From positions 1 through 64,000 of the IMG/VR virus record IMGVR_UViG_3300023184_000030: a stretch of DNA of 64,000 bases. The stretch is one strand, 5' to 3'. Both the position numbers and the translations under genes were made by a program. Positions 17,662 through 26,663 of the stretch are shown piece by piece. Every line of letters starts with the position of its first letter. Position 1 is the stretch's first letter. This DNA comes from a virus. A model generated the notes under the pieces. That model searched no databases and had not been told where the DNA came from. It worked only from the letters and a program-made list of their open reading frames with translations.

Positions 17662-17886
17662 TTATCGGAGGGTTTTTCCGGGAGGGTATTCAACGGTTAT
17701 GCCAATCGAGAACTCACTGAATACCTCGAAAGCATCTTCTGATGCTTTTACGTAAAATACGCCATAGAAAGGCTCATCTTTTTCACACACCTTATCCGTT
17801 ATTATTTCGCAGTTAAAGTAGTTTATAAGGGAGCAAGCCTCTATGTGGGATTTTGGATCATGCGTTTTTACGTAAAATTCAACCAT
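17662..17886 (-). CDS. Hypothetical protein
   Basis: Packed ORF. Confidence 0.6.
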   Translation of the reverse strand: MVEFYVKTHDPKSHIEACSLINYFNCEIITDKVCEKDEPFYGVFYVKASEDAFEVFSEFSIGITVEYPPGKTLR

Positions 17887-18170
17887 TATCTCTTACCTGT
17901 TACTATTTCTGATATGGTATTACAGTCCATTCTATAGTAATTTTCTTCCGAATCCTTAACTAACATCAATACCTGATCTATAGTACCCATCAATTTCATA
18001 TTCTTTTCCTCGAACACAAATTCTGAACCCAGATGGCTAACCTCTAAAGAGGCTCTACGAATCCATTTGGTTTGGTTTCTTGAATAAAGATCTGCATAGT
18101 GTTTAAGCATCTCCTTACTGGGAGCTTTAAATGGTATTAGTTCTGATTTTTTATTTTTCTTATCTTCCAT
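17886..18170 (-). CDS. Hypothetical protein
   Basis: Packed ORF. Confidence 0.6.
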   Translation of the reverse strand: MEDKKNKKSELIPFKAPSKEMLKHYADLYSRNQTKWIRRASLEVSHLGSEFVFEEKNMKLMGTIDQVLMLVKDSEENYYRMDCNTISEIVTGKR

Positions 18171-18171
18171 A

Positions 18172-18348
18172 TTAGATTGAGTTCGTTGTGAGTTCTTTAA
18201 TGTCTAGGGGTTTATTGTCTTTTAGCGAGCTTGCTATTTTTCTCATTTTAACACCCAGCGTCATGTCGTTTGGCGTTTCACTGGTGATCGTGAGAATTAA
18301 ATCTTTTAGATCCTCGTAGTTTTTTGGTGTTTGTAGTTCATCACTCAT
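18172..18348 (-). CDS. Small hypothetical protein (58 aa, not in track)
   Basis: MSDELQTPKNYEDLKDLILTITSETPNDMTLGVKMRKIASSLKDNKPLDIKELTTNSI; fills the gap exactly. Confidence 0.6.
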   Translation of the reverse strand: MSDELQTPKNYEDLKDLILTITSETPNDMTLGVKMRKIASSLKDNKPLDIKELTTNSI

Positions 18349-18369
18349 TGTGAATTTAGTTATTTTTTT

Positions 18370-19155
18370 TTACATATTAGACTGCTTCAATATGCCTTTC
18401 TCGCTATTAAAGCAATGTAACGAAGTTATGTGCATAACAAAGTAACCTGGGGTAACATCTGACCATCTTTCGGGATCTCTTTGTTTTAGGTTGTCTAACA
18501 ACCACATAAGTTTTCTGCATGCCATATAAACATCGTCTCTAAAGTGTCTTATATAATCGCATGACCTTATGTAATATGTCATATGTAACCAATTTCCTCT
18601 TCGAATAAACTGATACCCTAAGGTACATGGTACACGTTCTCCGTGAACTGTCCCGGTATCTTCGGGAAACCAAATAGGTAAAAATGCTTGTCTAGTGAAA
18701 GGTTCTCTTTCCATAAGATCCAGCACATCTCCAAAATCCCCGTATTCATATCTGATACCCTCCATTTTACTGTTAGGAACTTCAGAAGCAAATTTAGGCC
18801 AAATTCTTTCTGGGTATGTATGAGAGAATTTATCATGTCCGCCAAACTGTGCGTTATTCTTCTGAGCAAAAGGCCATCTAACGTGTGATGGTGGGGGATT
18901 TAAAGGTTGTCCGCCAACTCTCTCGTCAAAATGTTCATCTGCCCAAGGAAGATTTGGTCTGATCTCAGTTACTAACTCGTCTATGGTGTGTGGCATAAAA
19001 AACTGGAATGAATGATTCATAGTCTCCCACATATCGTCAGGAGATTCTATCCCCTGCCATTTTTCTGTTTTGACTACATAACCGTGATTAAATAATTCAT
19101 CCTTGGTCCATTTGATCGCTTCATTCGGTTTGAAAAAAGTTTTTATGCCTCCCAT
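18370..19155 (-). CDS. Thymidylate synthase-superfamily protein, putative dCMP hydroxymethylase/methylase
   Basis: TRQA, RVPCT catalytic Cys, RSCDYIRHFRDD with Asp at the E. coli Asn177-equivalent position, SLH. Confidence 0.7.
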   Translation of the reverse strand: MGGIKTFFKPNEAIKWTKDELFNHGYVVKTEKWQGIESPDDMWETMNHSFQFFMPHTIDELVTEIRPNLPWADEHFDERVGGQPLNPPPSHVRWPFAQKNNAQFGGHDKFSHTYPERIWPKFASEVPNSKMEGIRYEYGDFGDVLDLMEREPFTRQAFLPIWFPEDTGTVHGERVPCTLGYQFIRRGNWLHMTYYIRSCDYIRHFRDDVYMACRKLMWLLDNLKQRDPERWSDVTPGYFVMHITSLHCFNSEKGILKQSNM

Positions 19156-19202
19156 TTTTTTAGTTTATAAAGGTTTTAGAATAAAATGAGAAATAAATTT
19201 CA

Positions 19203-19862
19203 CTATACATGTAAAATTACTGGGGAATTTCTAACTTCATAATGGAAATCCAGAACGCTAGCATTTACGTAGATTACATCATCCTTTTCGGCTATGCCCG
19301 AAGCCTCGTGGATATGACCAAAAACATGAATCTTTAAATCCGAAAGATCATTTATTTTATTTGCTAATCTAGGACATCCAACTCTAAGTCCCGTTCTAGT
19401 AGCATCGAGTGTTAGGTATGGAGGGCCGTGGGTTATCAGAACATTAATGTCATTAGGTATAAGATCCCAATGTCTATTTATTTCATCCCCGACTCTATTG
19501 AATGCCCAATTATGAAACCAAGGTGTTACTGGGCTACCCCAGAATTTTAAACCCTCTAGTTCCACCCCACTATCATTTAGATATACTATTCCAGATCCCA
19601 TGCTATCCAGTATATCTTTTGCTACCTCGGGTGAGTCTTCAAACAAAAAATCATGATTACCAGCAATCATGATCTTATTCTTAAATGGTAATGATGAATA
19701 CCACTCCATAAATTCTTCAACCTCCCATTTTCTCCCCCGATATGAAATATCCCCTGCATGTACTATAATAGAATCCGGATAGTCGTTGTATATCTGTTTC
19801 AGCTGATCGTCTATCTCAAGGTGTTTGGTGTGTGTATCTGAGATTAAAACTAAAGTTGGCAT
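19203..19862 (-). CDS. Metallophosphoesterase (MPPED/239FB-like)
   Basis: SDTH, HAGD, AGNHD, THGPP, FGHIHE. Confidence 0.9.
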   Translation of the reverse strand: MPTLVLISDTHTKHLEIDDQLKQIYNDYPDSIIVHAGDISYRGRKWEVEEFMEWYSSLPFKNKIMIAGNHDFLFEDSPEVAKDILDSMGSGIVYLNDSGVELEGLKFWGSPVTPWFHNWAFNRVGDEINRHWDLIPNDINVLITHGPPYLTLDATRTGLRVGCPRLANKINDLSDLKIHVFGHIHEASGIAEKDDVIYVNASVLDFHYEVRNSPVILHV

Positions 19863-19876
19863 CGATTTATATTTTT

Positions 19877-20200
19877 CTAGTTAGTTGATTTGTCAGCATT
19901 ATTAGTATCGTTAGAACCTTTCGAAGATTCAGGTATTATTGGCTTGTTCTCAATAGAAACATGTTCTCTGTGGCAAGCCTGTGGGGTCTTTATATAGACT
20001 GTATCGTGAACATAAACTTTCTCTGGCTTAGGACAAACGTGTTCCTGTACTATCTGATTCGGATTAACTGATTCCTTATCTGGCTTTTTGAATGCCGCGT
20101 ATAAAGTTCCGACGACGAACATAATAATGATAAAAAATATGATTGCAATTGGGATAATGCCTACCCAAAATACCCCTCTGAAGTTATTGCTCTTTTTCAT
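19877..20200 (-). CDS. Membrane-anchored hypothetical protein
   Basis: N-terminal TM helix; VHDTVYI motif. Confidence 0.6.
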   Translation of the reverse strand: MKKSNNFRGVFWVGIIPIAIIFFIIIMFVVGTLYAAFKKPDKESVNPNQIVQEHVCPKPEKVYVHDTVYIKTPQACHREHVSIENKPIIPESSKGSNDTNNADKSTN

Positions 20201-20606
20201 TTAGTTTTTTTATGATTGCTTTAAGACTATGTTGAACATTATTTTTATACTCCTCTTCCATTTGGGTTCTTCTTTTCTCTACCTCCTCTATGAAAGTTTC
20301 AGTTAGCATTTTTTCCGATTTGGGTGAAAGAGGAACGTTATATCCATATACGTGATTTACTATGGATATCTGATTGTGGCCAAGAACTAAAAGCATTGAC
20401 TTGTCATGAGCTCTTATATAGTATTTTCCTGATAGAGGAGAAGTAAGAAGCTCTGATTCTGGTTCTTTTAAGAGCTTCCTGAATATTGCTGATGTTTCTC
20501 TTTCACTCTCATCCATTTTAGAGTTATTCAGGGGATTCATCATACGAGAAAATTTAATTCCTACTTTCTGGGTAATCCTTTTTAGAGTATGAATTCTGTT
20601 GTCCAT
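20184..20606 (-). CDS. Hypothetical protein
   Basis: Packed ORF under a class-I promoter. Confidence 0.65.
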   Translation of the reverse strand: MDNRIHTLKRITQKVGIKFSRMMNPLNNSKMDESERETSAIFRKLLKEPESELLTSPLSGKYYIRAHDKSMLLVLGHNQISIVNHVYGYNVPLSPKSEKMLTETFIEEVEKRRTQMEEEYKNNVQHSLKAIIKKLNEKEQ

Positions 20607-20644
20607 TTTTTTAGTTTATTGATTAGTACCTTTTTTATTTTATG

Positions 20645-20676
20645 CAAATTTATATAGTGACCTCGGATAAAAAAAA
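20645..20676 (-). promoter_or_regulatory. Bacteroidota-type (class-I) promoter
   Basis: TTTTTTTATCCG-N11-TAAATTTG. Confidence 0.65.
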
Positions 20677-20685
20677 TATTTTCAC

Positions 20686-20722
20686 AAAAAAACCTGCTAA
20701 TTTATAATATTAGCAGGTTTTT
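20686..20722. terminator. Bidirectional intrinsic terminator
   Basis: AAAAACCTGCTAAT/ATTAGCAGGTTTTT. Confidence 0.7.
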
Positions 20723-20743
20723 ATAATATAGTTCCGTTATCGT

Positions 20744-21043
20744 TTAGCTTAAAAGCATATCGTTGCCTTTATCCTTCGGTTTTCTTTCTTTCTTAATTAT
20801 AATTTCTTTCTTAACTGGCTTCGCTTTAGGCTTAGGCTTCTTTACCACTTTTGCTTTCACTGGTTCTTCTTTAATCGTCATTTTTTCCAATTCCTGTGTA
20901 GATAAAGGTTCTTCTAATATAACAGGATATTCTTTCTCAGTAACAACAGGTTCTGTTACTGCTGGTTCTTTTTTTACATTAAATAATGAATATCCGATGT
21001 AGGAAACTGCCAATATGATTAATAAGACGATTAAGGTTTGCAT
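20744..21043 (-). CDS. Membrane-anchored Lys/Pro-rich protein
   Basis: N-terminal TM helix, basic low-complexity tail. Confidence 0.6.
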   Translation of the reverse strand: MQTLIVLLIILAVSYIGYSLFNVKKEPAVTEPVVTEKEYPVILEEPLSTQELEKMTIKEEPVKAKVVKKPKPKAKPVKKEIIIKKERKPKDKGNDMLLS

Positions 21044-21094
21044 AATTTAGTTTTTTAATTTGATTATTATATATTGATTAAGTGGATTTGTTTC

Positions 21095-21130
21095 AAAAAA
21101 AAATCCTTGTCAATTAAATGACAAGGATTT
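21095..21130 (-). terminator. Terminator downstream of the tmRNA
   Basis: AAATCCTTGTCA/TGACAAGGATTT stem + T-run. Confidence 0.75.
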
Positions 21131-21135
21131 GGGCG

Positions 21136-21598
21136 TGGACCTAGAGAGATTCGAACTCTCGTCTCCTTCAGTTAATACTAAGAATTCATTCACAGGCTTA
21201 GAAAGTTTTTTATAAACTTACAAACTAATCTGGTTTATGACACCAGCAAACATTTTGCTGTCTTTTAGTGACTTACAGCGTCAGTCAGAGAACTTATACT
21301 AACAGCGATCTTAAGGGTATTGATATTATCTCAGGGTTACTGATCATAAGCTCTACTTTTTTGGTACTGTTAACCCTTTTTCCCAACGTCACATTTTTTT
21401 AAACGGAGTAAGTGAGACTCCGGAGGTTATGCAGCGTAAGCGTACTCAACCTCAGCTACAGGTGCACCAAACATGTTGATAACGTCCCAAACTGATTTTT
21501 TGCCATTTATAGCGTTATATAGGTTATTAAAGTGTTTCCAATACTAACACTGCCTGCATTCAAAGAACTACGCCTGCGGATCAATTCCGGTTAGGCCC
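21136..21598 (-). ncRNA. ssrA: tmRNA (transfer-messenger RNA), about 463 nt, tag GKKSVWDVINMFGAPVAEVEYAYAA
   Basis: 5' GGGCCUA pairs with 3' UAGGUCC-A (G3:U70 Ala identity); T-arm GAGAG-UUCGAAU-CUCUC; AUAAAU-GGC resume context; tag ORF 21504-21427 ending YAA; CCA not encoded. Confidence 0.9.
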
Positions 21599-21618
21599 AT
21601 TTATTATGTATCTATAGA

Positions 21619-22554
21619 TCAGGGTAAATTATTTGTTTCGATCCCATATAATTCTCTGTTCTTAATGACACATTCTATTATATGATCTTTCAAATTTAAT
21701 CTTGATGATATCAGATTAGCGAATAGGGACTGTTCTTCCTCTTCTATATTAAATATTCTTTTCTTGAATCCCCATACATGGAGAAATCCCTTCTCGCTTA
21801 TTTCGTCTATATCTGAATCCTCAAAGTAGCATTTGGTTTTTCTTAGTTTATCCTCCGGCTGGTATATTCCGCTTATGAGAGAAGAAACCTTAAGCTCCTT
21901 TTCTTTACAGAACTCATAAAGGAATCTCTGCTCAGCTAGCAATATGTAACCTAGCTCAAATGCTGGATTTATTTTGTCCGTACCGTTAACAAAATTCAAG
22001 GCCTCTGTAGCATATTCTTTTGCAATTTGGATGTCTCTAAAGTAAAGTAAACTGGTGTTATAAGCTTTTTTATCCCAGCTAAATCCGTATCTGCTTGTAA
22101 AATAGCCCCTTGTATCTATGAATTCCGGATCTGGATAGTGTATAAGATCGTGGTCCAATATTGCTTCCGCATGTGCACAGAAAACATCGCAATCTGAAAA
22201 ATCAATCTCAAATCTAACTTCGGCGTCAAGATCAACCATGAGGAAATTTTCTTCGATGTCATTTATCGCTATAAATTTTCCAGCTGCCCAAAATATTGAC
22301 GGGTCAAATTCTGGATTGATTGGTAGTATAGGTCTTATCTCATCAAAGCATCTGTCCAGTCCAACCTCCTTGTAATATTCATGAATTTCGGGATCACAAT
22401 ATAAGACAGGGCTTAGATTATTATATTCCTTGGCGAAATGTGTTGATCTCACAATCATAGCAATCTCCCAAGGCTTTTTAAATTTGCTAATCGCTCCCCT
22501 TTTTTTTCTTGGCATAAACCAATCAACATATATGGCTTTAGTCGGTCTCATCAA
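21619..22554 (-). CDS. Putative GT-A-fold glycosyltransferase-like protein (DUF6734-like)
   Basis: FWAAGKF, MVDLD (DxD), YNTS, AEQRFL, FLHVWG. Confidence 0.6.
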   Translation of the reverse strand: MMRPTKAIYVDWFMPRKKRGAISKFKKPWEIAMIVRSTHFAKEYNNLSPVLYCDPEIHEYYKEVGLDRCFDEIRPILPINPEFDPSIFWAAGKFIAINDIEENFLMVDLDAEVRFEIDFSDCDVFCAHAEAILDHDLIHYPDPEFIDTRGYFTSRYGFSWDKKAYNTSLLYFRDIQIAKEYATEALNFVNGTDKINPAFELGYILLAEQRFLYEFCKEKELKVSSLISGIYQPEDKLRKTKCYFEDSDIDEISEKGFLHVWGFKKRIFNIEEEEQSLFANLISSRLNLKDHIIECVIKNRELYGIETNNLP

Positions 22555-22590
22555 TTAAAATTGTTAATTTTTTTATTATAGCGGGAAAAC

Positions 22591-22621
22591 AAAAAAAAAT
22601 CCAGATTTCTCTGGATTTTTT
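22591..22621. terminator. Intrinsic terminator
   Basis: AAAAATCCAGA/TCTGGATTTTT. Confidence 0.7.
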
Positions 22622-22628
22622 AGATCTG

Positions 22629-22697
22629 TTATTTTTCTTCCCTTAGTAGCCAAAGTGCAATGATGCAAAGGCATGCCATCAATAAAACTTCTATCAT
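22629..22697 (-). CDS. Candidate 22-aa single-TM micropeptide
   Basis: MIEVLLMACLCIIALWLLREEK; starts 3 nt after the SLT stop and ends just before a terminator. Confidence 0.4.
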   Translation of the reverse strand: MIEVLLMACLCIIALWLLREEK

Positions 22698-22700
22698 AAT

Positions 22701-23222
22701 TTATCTTACCTTATAATTATAAACATCCAAAGCATATTGATTCACCATTGGTCTTCCCGTATTATAAGCTCCGAAGACAATTTGCCAATTACCGTATTTA
22801 TCATATAGGTGTCTTAATAGCTTCATGCTGGTCTCGACATTAAATCCTATATCGTTCTTAAGGTTTTCTTTTTTAATTGACTTTCCCCTCCACATCATAT
22901 TAGCTGTTGCGGGCATGATCTGCATTGGTCCAATCGCACCAACGCAACTTTCTTGAGCCGGATTATATTTCCAATGAAAGGGACCTTCGTATCTTGTTTC
23001 CTTAAATGCTATTCCAAAAGCATAGTTTCTTGGTATTCCGTATTGTTCGGAATATTTTTCAATGTAATAATACATCTGAAGACAAGGGGGAGACTGGGAA
23101 TTTATAATATCCCCTCTTGTCGCTAATTCTGCTTCATGTTCTATCTCTTTAGTTTCGAAGAAGAAAAAGGTCAGAACAGCAAGCATCATTGCACCCAAGA
23201 GTGTGTATATGCCCCTGAACAT
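22701..23222 (-). CDS. Lytic transglycosylase (SLT) with N-terminal membrane anchor
   Basis: IAFKET catalytic Glu, GAIGPMQIMPATA, AYNTG. Confidence 0.9.
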   Translation of the reverse strand: MFRGIYTLLGAMMLAVLTFFFFETKEIEHEAELATRGDIINSQSPPCLQMYYYIEKYSEQYGIPRNYAFGIAFKETRYEGPFHWKYNPAQESCVGAIGPMQIMPATANMMWRGKSIKKENLKNDIGFNVETSMKLLRHLYDKYGNWQIVFGAYNTGRPMVNQYALDVYNYKVR

Positions 23223-23554
23223 TATTTAGATTTTTGGGCAGTATAAAGCTTCGATGCATAAAGATTGAAAACTTCTTGACCTACCTGAGCATCAAACATT
23301 TGATAAGTTCCTGAGCTCCTATCCATAAGAATTAGTTCGCTTTTCTCGTTCATCGCAACAGAAACATCCTTTTCTAAGGTTTTTACCACTTGCATTTTGT
23401 GGGTTTTTAGTGTCGTCTCGTATCTATGATAGATCTCGGATGTTGCATAACCTGAAGCCATTGCAGTAAAGATGATAGCCACTTTGCCTAGATTGTTAAA
23501 GAATTTTTTCAGATTCTCTGTAAAGGACTTGAAGTTAAAATTGTACTTTTCCAT
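23222..23554 (-). CDS. Hypothetical protein with one hydrophobic segment
   Basis: Translationally coupled to the SLT gene. Confidence 0.65.
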   Translation of the reverse strand: MEKYNFNFKSFTENLKKFFNNLGKVAIIFTAMASGYATSEIYHRYETTLKTHKMQVVKTLEKDVSVAMNEKSELILMDRSSGTYQMFDAQVGQEVFNLYASKLYTAQKSK

Positions 23555-23580
23555 GTTTTTTCTTTTTTTAAAGATTTAAA

Positions 23581-23612
23581 CAAATATAAGACCAGTACAC
23601 GGGATAAAAAAA
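23581..23612 (-). promoter_or_regulatory. Bacteroidota-type (class-I) promoter
   Basis: TTTTTTATCCCG-N11-TATATTTG. Confidence 0.7.
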
Positions 23613-23623
23613 TTTTTCAGAGA

Positions 23624-23836
23624 TTATTCACAACAGGGAACGAATCTCCAATCCCTAAGATCGATGGGAACATCAGATAGCTCAGCGGGTAATAGATTTC
23701 CGATGTCTGCTACTTTAATATTTAGGTGTGCTAGGTTAGATAGCTGTACTTTAGCCATAACGTAACCAAGTTCAGTTAAATAAATGCCAACTATTTTTTG
23801 TGGCTGTGGGTCGATTGATTGTTCTATTTCTGTCAT
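23624..23836 (-). CDS. Hypothetical protein
   Basis: IYLTELGYVM motif; packed ORF. Confidence 0.6.
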   Translation of the reverse strand: MTEIEQSIDPQPQKIVGIYLTELGYVMAKVQLSNLAHLNIKVADIGNLLPAELSDVPIDLRDWRFVPCCE

Positions 23837-23890
23837 ATTGTTGGTTTACTATTCCACAATATATCGTTGACACACAGGAAAAAAATGGAT

Positions 23891-24208
23891 TTAATACTGG
23901 AATCTTTGAACCTGATCTATACCGTTATAATTAATCTCCGGATTAGGTGCCATTATAACAGAAATACCATCTGATAAATCATATATGCTCTCGATGTAGC
24001 TTTGAACCTCATCTTTCTTTGACTTATCTATACCCAGCTGATTTAATGCATCTGTAGTAATTTGATCAACCGAATCCATAAAGTTTCCGCTATCATGAAA
24101 GTTGAAGTATTTCTCATATTTTTTTAGCCAGTTCCTAATCTCTGCTTGCTCTTCAGGATTAAGATCTAAGTCGTCCATGTAGTCGGAGAATTCTAGTATT
24201 TTTTTCAT
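23891..24208 (-). CDS. Hypothetical protein with capsid-targeting-like N-terminus
   Basis: MKKILEFSDY; GATATATA at 24213-24220. Confidence 0.65.
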   Translation of the reverse strand: MKKILEFSDYMDDLDLNPEEQAEIRNWLKKYEKYFNFHDSGNFMDSVDQITTDALNQLGIDKSKKDEVQSYIESIYDLSDGISVIMAPNPEINYNGIDQVQRFQY

Positions 24209-24237
24209 ACAATATATATCATCTAAATTACATTCAA

Positions 24238-24552
24238 ATGGAAGACCAGCAATTACCAGGAGACGAGATATCTGCGGATGCGTCTCAATTAAATCAAGAA
24301 ATAGGAAGAGAAGAAGGACAGGGATCTTGGGATCAGTTCGAAACGGAGCCGGAAGAAGATCCCAACACAGAGATTGAATCTGGACAAGAAACTGATGATG
24401 AAACCACAGATGATATCAAGAGTACTGAGGAAGAACCTGAGGTGGATTCAATTAACGAGCCACACGAAGAGGAAGAAACAGACCAAAAAAATACTCTGCA
24501 TGGCGAACCAAACAGAGTATTATCATTTAAGGACTTCTTTAATAAGGATTAA
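24238..24552 (+). CDS. Acidic hypothetical protein
   Basis: Very acidic; C-terminal RVLSFKDFFN motif; divergent from the TATATA box. Confidence 0.6.
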   Translation: MEDQQLPGDEISADASQLNQEIGREEGQGSWDQFETEPEEDPNTEIESGQETDDETTDDIKSTEEEPEVDSINEPHEEEETDQKNTLHGEPNRVLSFKDFFNKD

Positions 24553-24731
24553 TCCTCCGAAGTATTCTTACCTAAATCTCTTCTAATTAGTTTTCTAACA
24601 TAGTGAGATATGGATACTGGCGCATCGCCTTTAGCCAATGCGCTTTTTGCGATTTTTCTACTAAGATCGGTTAAATCCTCTTCAGATAGAAGTACCTGTA
24701 TTTTTTCTGTTTTTTCTTGTTGATTGCTCAT
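24549..24731 (-). CDS. Ribbon-helix-helix-like DNA-binding protein
   Basis: KIQVLLSEE strand...SISHYVRKLI helix. Confidence 0.6.
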   Translation of the reverse strand: MSNQQEKTEKIQVLLSEEDLTDLSRKIAKSALAKGDAPVSISHYVRKLIRRDLGKNTSED

Positions 24732-24737
24732 ATTGTT

Positions 24738-26195
24738 TTATTTATTTTCAAAGTAGATTCCTGCATGGGCTTCACCCTTTGCTTTACCCGGACTATATTT
24801 ATCTTCAGGCTCTTCAGTAACCACGAATGCCTTATTAGGATTTACTATTAACCCCATTCTTCTCATTAGTGTTCTATTTGCTAAGAATGGCGTGCTTTTA
24901 TCTGTTCTGTCGACAGGGGAAACTTTAACATTAGGTATTAGGCTTCCGTTAAATTCAAGGTTAATTTCTATAATAGGTCTAGTGTGTGTATCCCTTCCAA
25001 TTTCAGCATCGGAATATCCGACAATATCATTAACAAACTTCTTATCCCCAACAGTCCAAAGAAGCTTTTTACCATTCTCTTCAATTTCGTCTGCATGAAG
25101 TGTGCAAGATTTTGCTCCATTTCCAGTATCGAATTTAGCTATCATATTACCAATTCCTGGTATAGATATTTGCTCGAGATAGCCAATTTCTAAGTTAGCA
25201 TAGCTCCAATTCTCCTTATCTAAAATGTAATCAAGCACATCGTTAACAATAGGTTTACCTATAGCCTTAGAAATACCCTCTGTTCCCGGAGATGAATTAA
25301 CCTCTAAAATATAAGGTTTCTTAGTTTTCTTATCTATCATGATATCTACCCCACACCAGTGACATCCAACTGCGTTAGCTGCTTTGCAAGCTATTTCTAC
25401 TAAATCCTCTGGGATTTCGTAATTTGATACAGATCCACCTAAAGAATAGTTAGTTCTAAAGTCTTTATCCACCGCCTCTCTTTTCATAGATCCTAAGATA
25501 ATACAGTTGTCTGAAGATGGTTTGATTGGATCGAAGTTCTTAATTATAACCTGAATTCTAAGGTCAAAGTTTGAATCAATTTTTTCCTGAACCAATATCT
25601 CACTGTTCTCATCAAGTTTTCTTATCGTTTGATAGACAGACTTTAAAGATGCGTAAGAATCCACAATAGAAACTCCAATGCCTTGTGTTCCCGATAAAAG
25701 CTTCATGATAATAGGAAATTTACCTCCTATCTTTTCTAATGCAGAATCGAGAAATTCCTCATTCGGTACTAAAGCATATTTAGGAACGGGTAATCCCGCT
25801 TCCTCCATGTATTGTGAAGTTATGTACTTGTTTTCGCAAACCTCGATGGATTCCAGTGTATTTACAGTGAAATATCGGTCAGCTTCTAATTGTGTCAGAA
25901 TTTGCTTAGTGTAAGAGTTTTCTATTACTCCTCTTCTTGGTATAATCACTGTTGAATTGGGATCGATTAGGATTCCCTCTTCCCCAGTTTTTAATAGGTG
26001 CCCATTATAAACTTTCTCTATTACCACCTGGTTTACATCAACCACGTAGCATTCAACACCTCTTTTTTCACATTGTTCTTCAAAAGACTTAGAGGTCTTA
26101 CTTCCCTGGGTATTCCCAGTCAGAACTATAACCTTAGTGGTTTCTCCTTTTGCTTCATTTAAAAAGGACCAAAAATCCAATACTTTACCGGCCAT
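24738..26195 (-). CDS. rimK: RimK-family ATP-grasp ligase fused to RimK-associated retropepsin-like protease
   Basis: GTQGIGV, VQE, DLRI, FRTNYSLGG, GVD, LEVNSSPG; C-terminal AKFDTG..S..LH...RP..DR. Confidence 0.88.
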   Translation of the reverse strand: MAGKVLDFWSFLNEAKGETTKVIVLTGNTQGSKTSKSFEEQCEKRGVECYVVDVNQVVIEKVYNGHLLKTGEEGILIDPNSTVIIPRRGVIENSYTKQILTQLEADRYFTVNTLESIEVCENKYITSQYMEEAGLPVPKYALVPNEEFLDSALEKIGGKFPIIMKLLSGTQGIGVSIVDSYASLKSVYQTIRKLDENSEILVQEKIDSNFDLRIQVIIKNFDPIKPSSDNCIILGSMKREAVDKDFRTNYSLGGSVSNYEIPEDLVEIACKAANAVGCHWCGVDIMIDKKTKKPYILEVNSSPGTEGISKAIGKPIVNDVLDYILDKENWSYANLEIGYLEQISIPGIGNMIAKFDTGNGAKSCTLHADEIEENGKKLLWTVGDKKFVNDIVGYSDAEIGRDTHTRPIIEINLEFNGSLIPNVKVSPVDRTDKSTPFLANRTLMRRMGLIVNPNKAFVVTEEPEDKYSPGKAKGEAHAGIYFENK

Positions 26196-26218
26196 CAATA
26201 TTCTATTATTTTTATAAG

Positions 26219-26491
26219 CTATATATCACTTATCTGATCTCTTAAAAAGTGCTTGACCATTATTGCCTTCTTTAATTCATTCAGCTCCTGTACAATTTCA
26301 TGTTCTTCTTCCAAATAGAATAAGTCAATCATCTGATCCAGATTAAATAGCTTAGTTATTGAGCCTATAGAATTTGTTTGAATATACCGCTTTTTCCCCT
26401 TTAGAACTAGTTCGGCCTCCTCTAATATAAATCTACGATATAAATCATAGTTATCGAGTATGTTTTCCTGCGGCGCGTTTTCTCTCTCCAT
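26219..26491 (-). CDS. Small protein with degenerate UVR-like motif
   Basis: IDLFYLEEEHEIVQEL. Confidence 0.55.
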   Translation of the reverse strand: MERENAPQENILDNYDLYRRFILEEAELVLKGKKRYIQTNSIGSITKLFNLDQMIDLFYLEEEHEIVQELNELKKAIMVKHFLRDQISDI

Positions 26492-26663
26492 GGGATTTTA
26501 TTTTTTCATAAAGTGAATCTAGATAGTCCATCGATTCCTTTGAGCCTATTAGTGCATCGGATTTTCCCACAACCGCATTCAGAAATTCCTCATCTGAATT
26601 ATATTCTTTTCTTCTTTCCTTCAGTACTTCTATCTTCTGAATATATCTTTTATTGAATCCCAT
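26451..26663 (-). CDS. Hypothetical protein
   Basis: MGFNKRYI start. Confidence 0.6.
   Translation of the reverse strand: MGFNKRYIQKIEVLKERRKEYNSDEEFLNAVVGKSDALIGSKESMDYLDSLYEKIKSHGERKRAAGKHTR

Noticed and set aside
21136-21165. Stand-alone tRNA suggested by the GTTCGAAT T-loop
   Set aside because: No D or anticodon arm at tRNA distance; the acceptor partner is ~460 nt upstream, so it is the tmRNA 3' end
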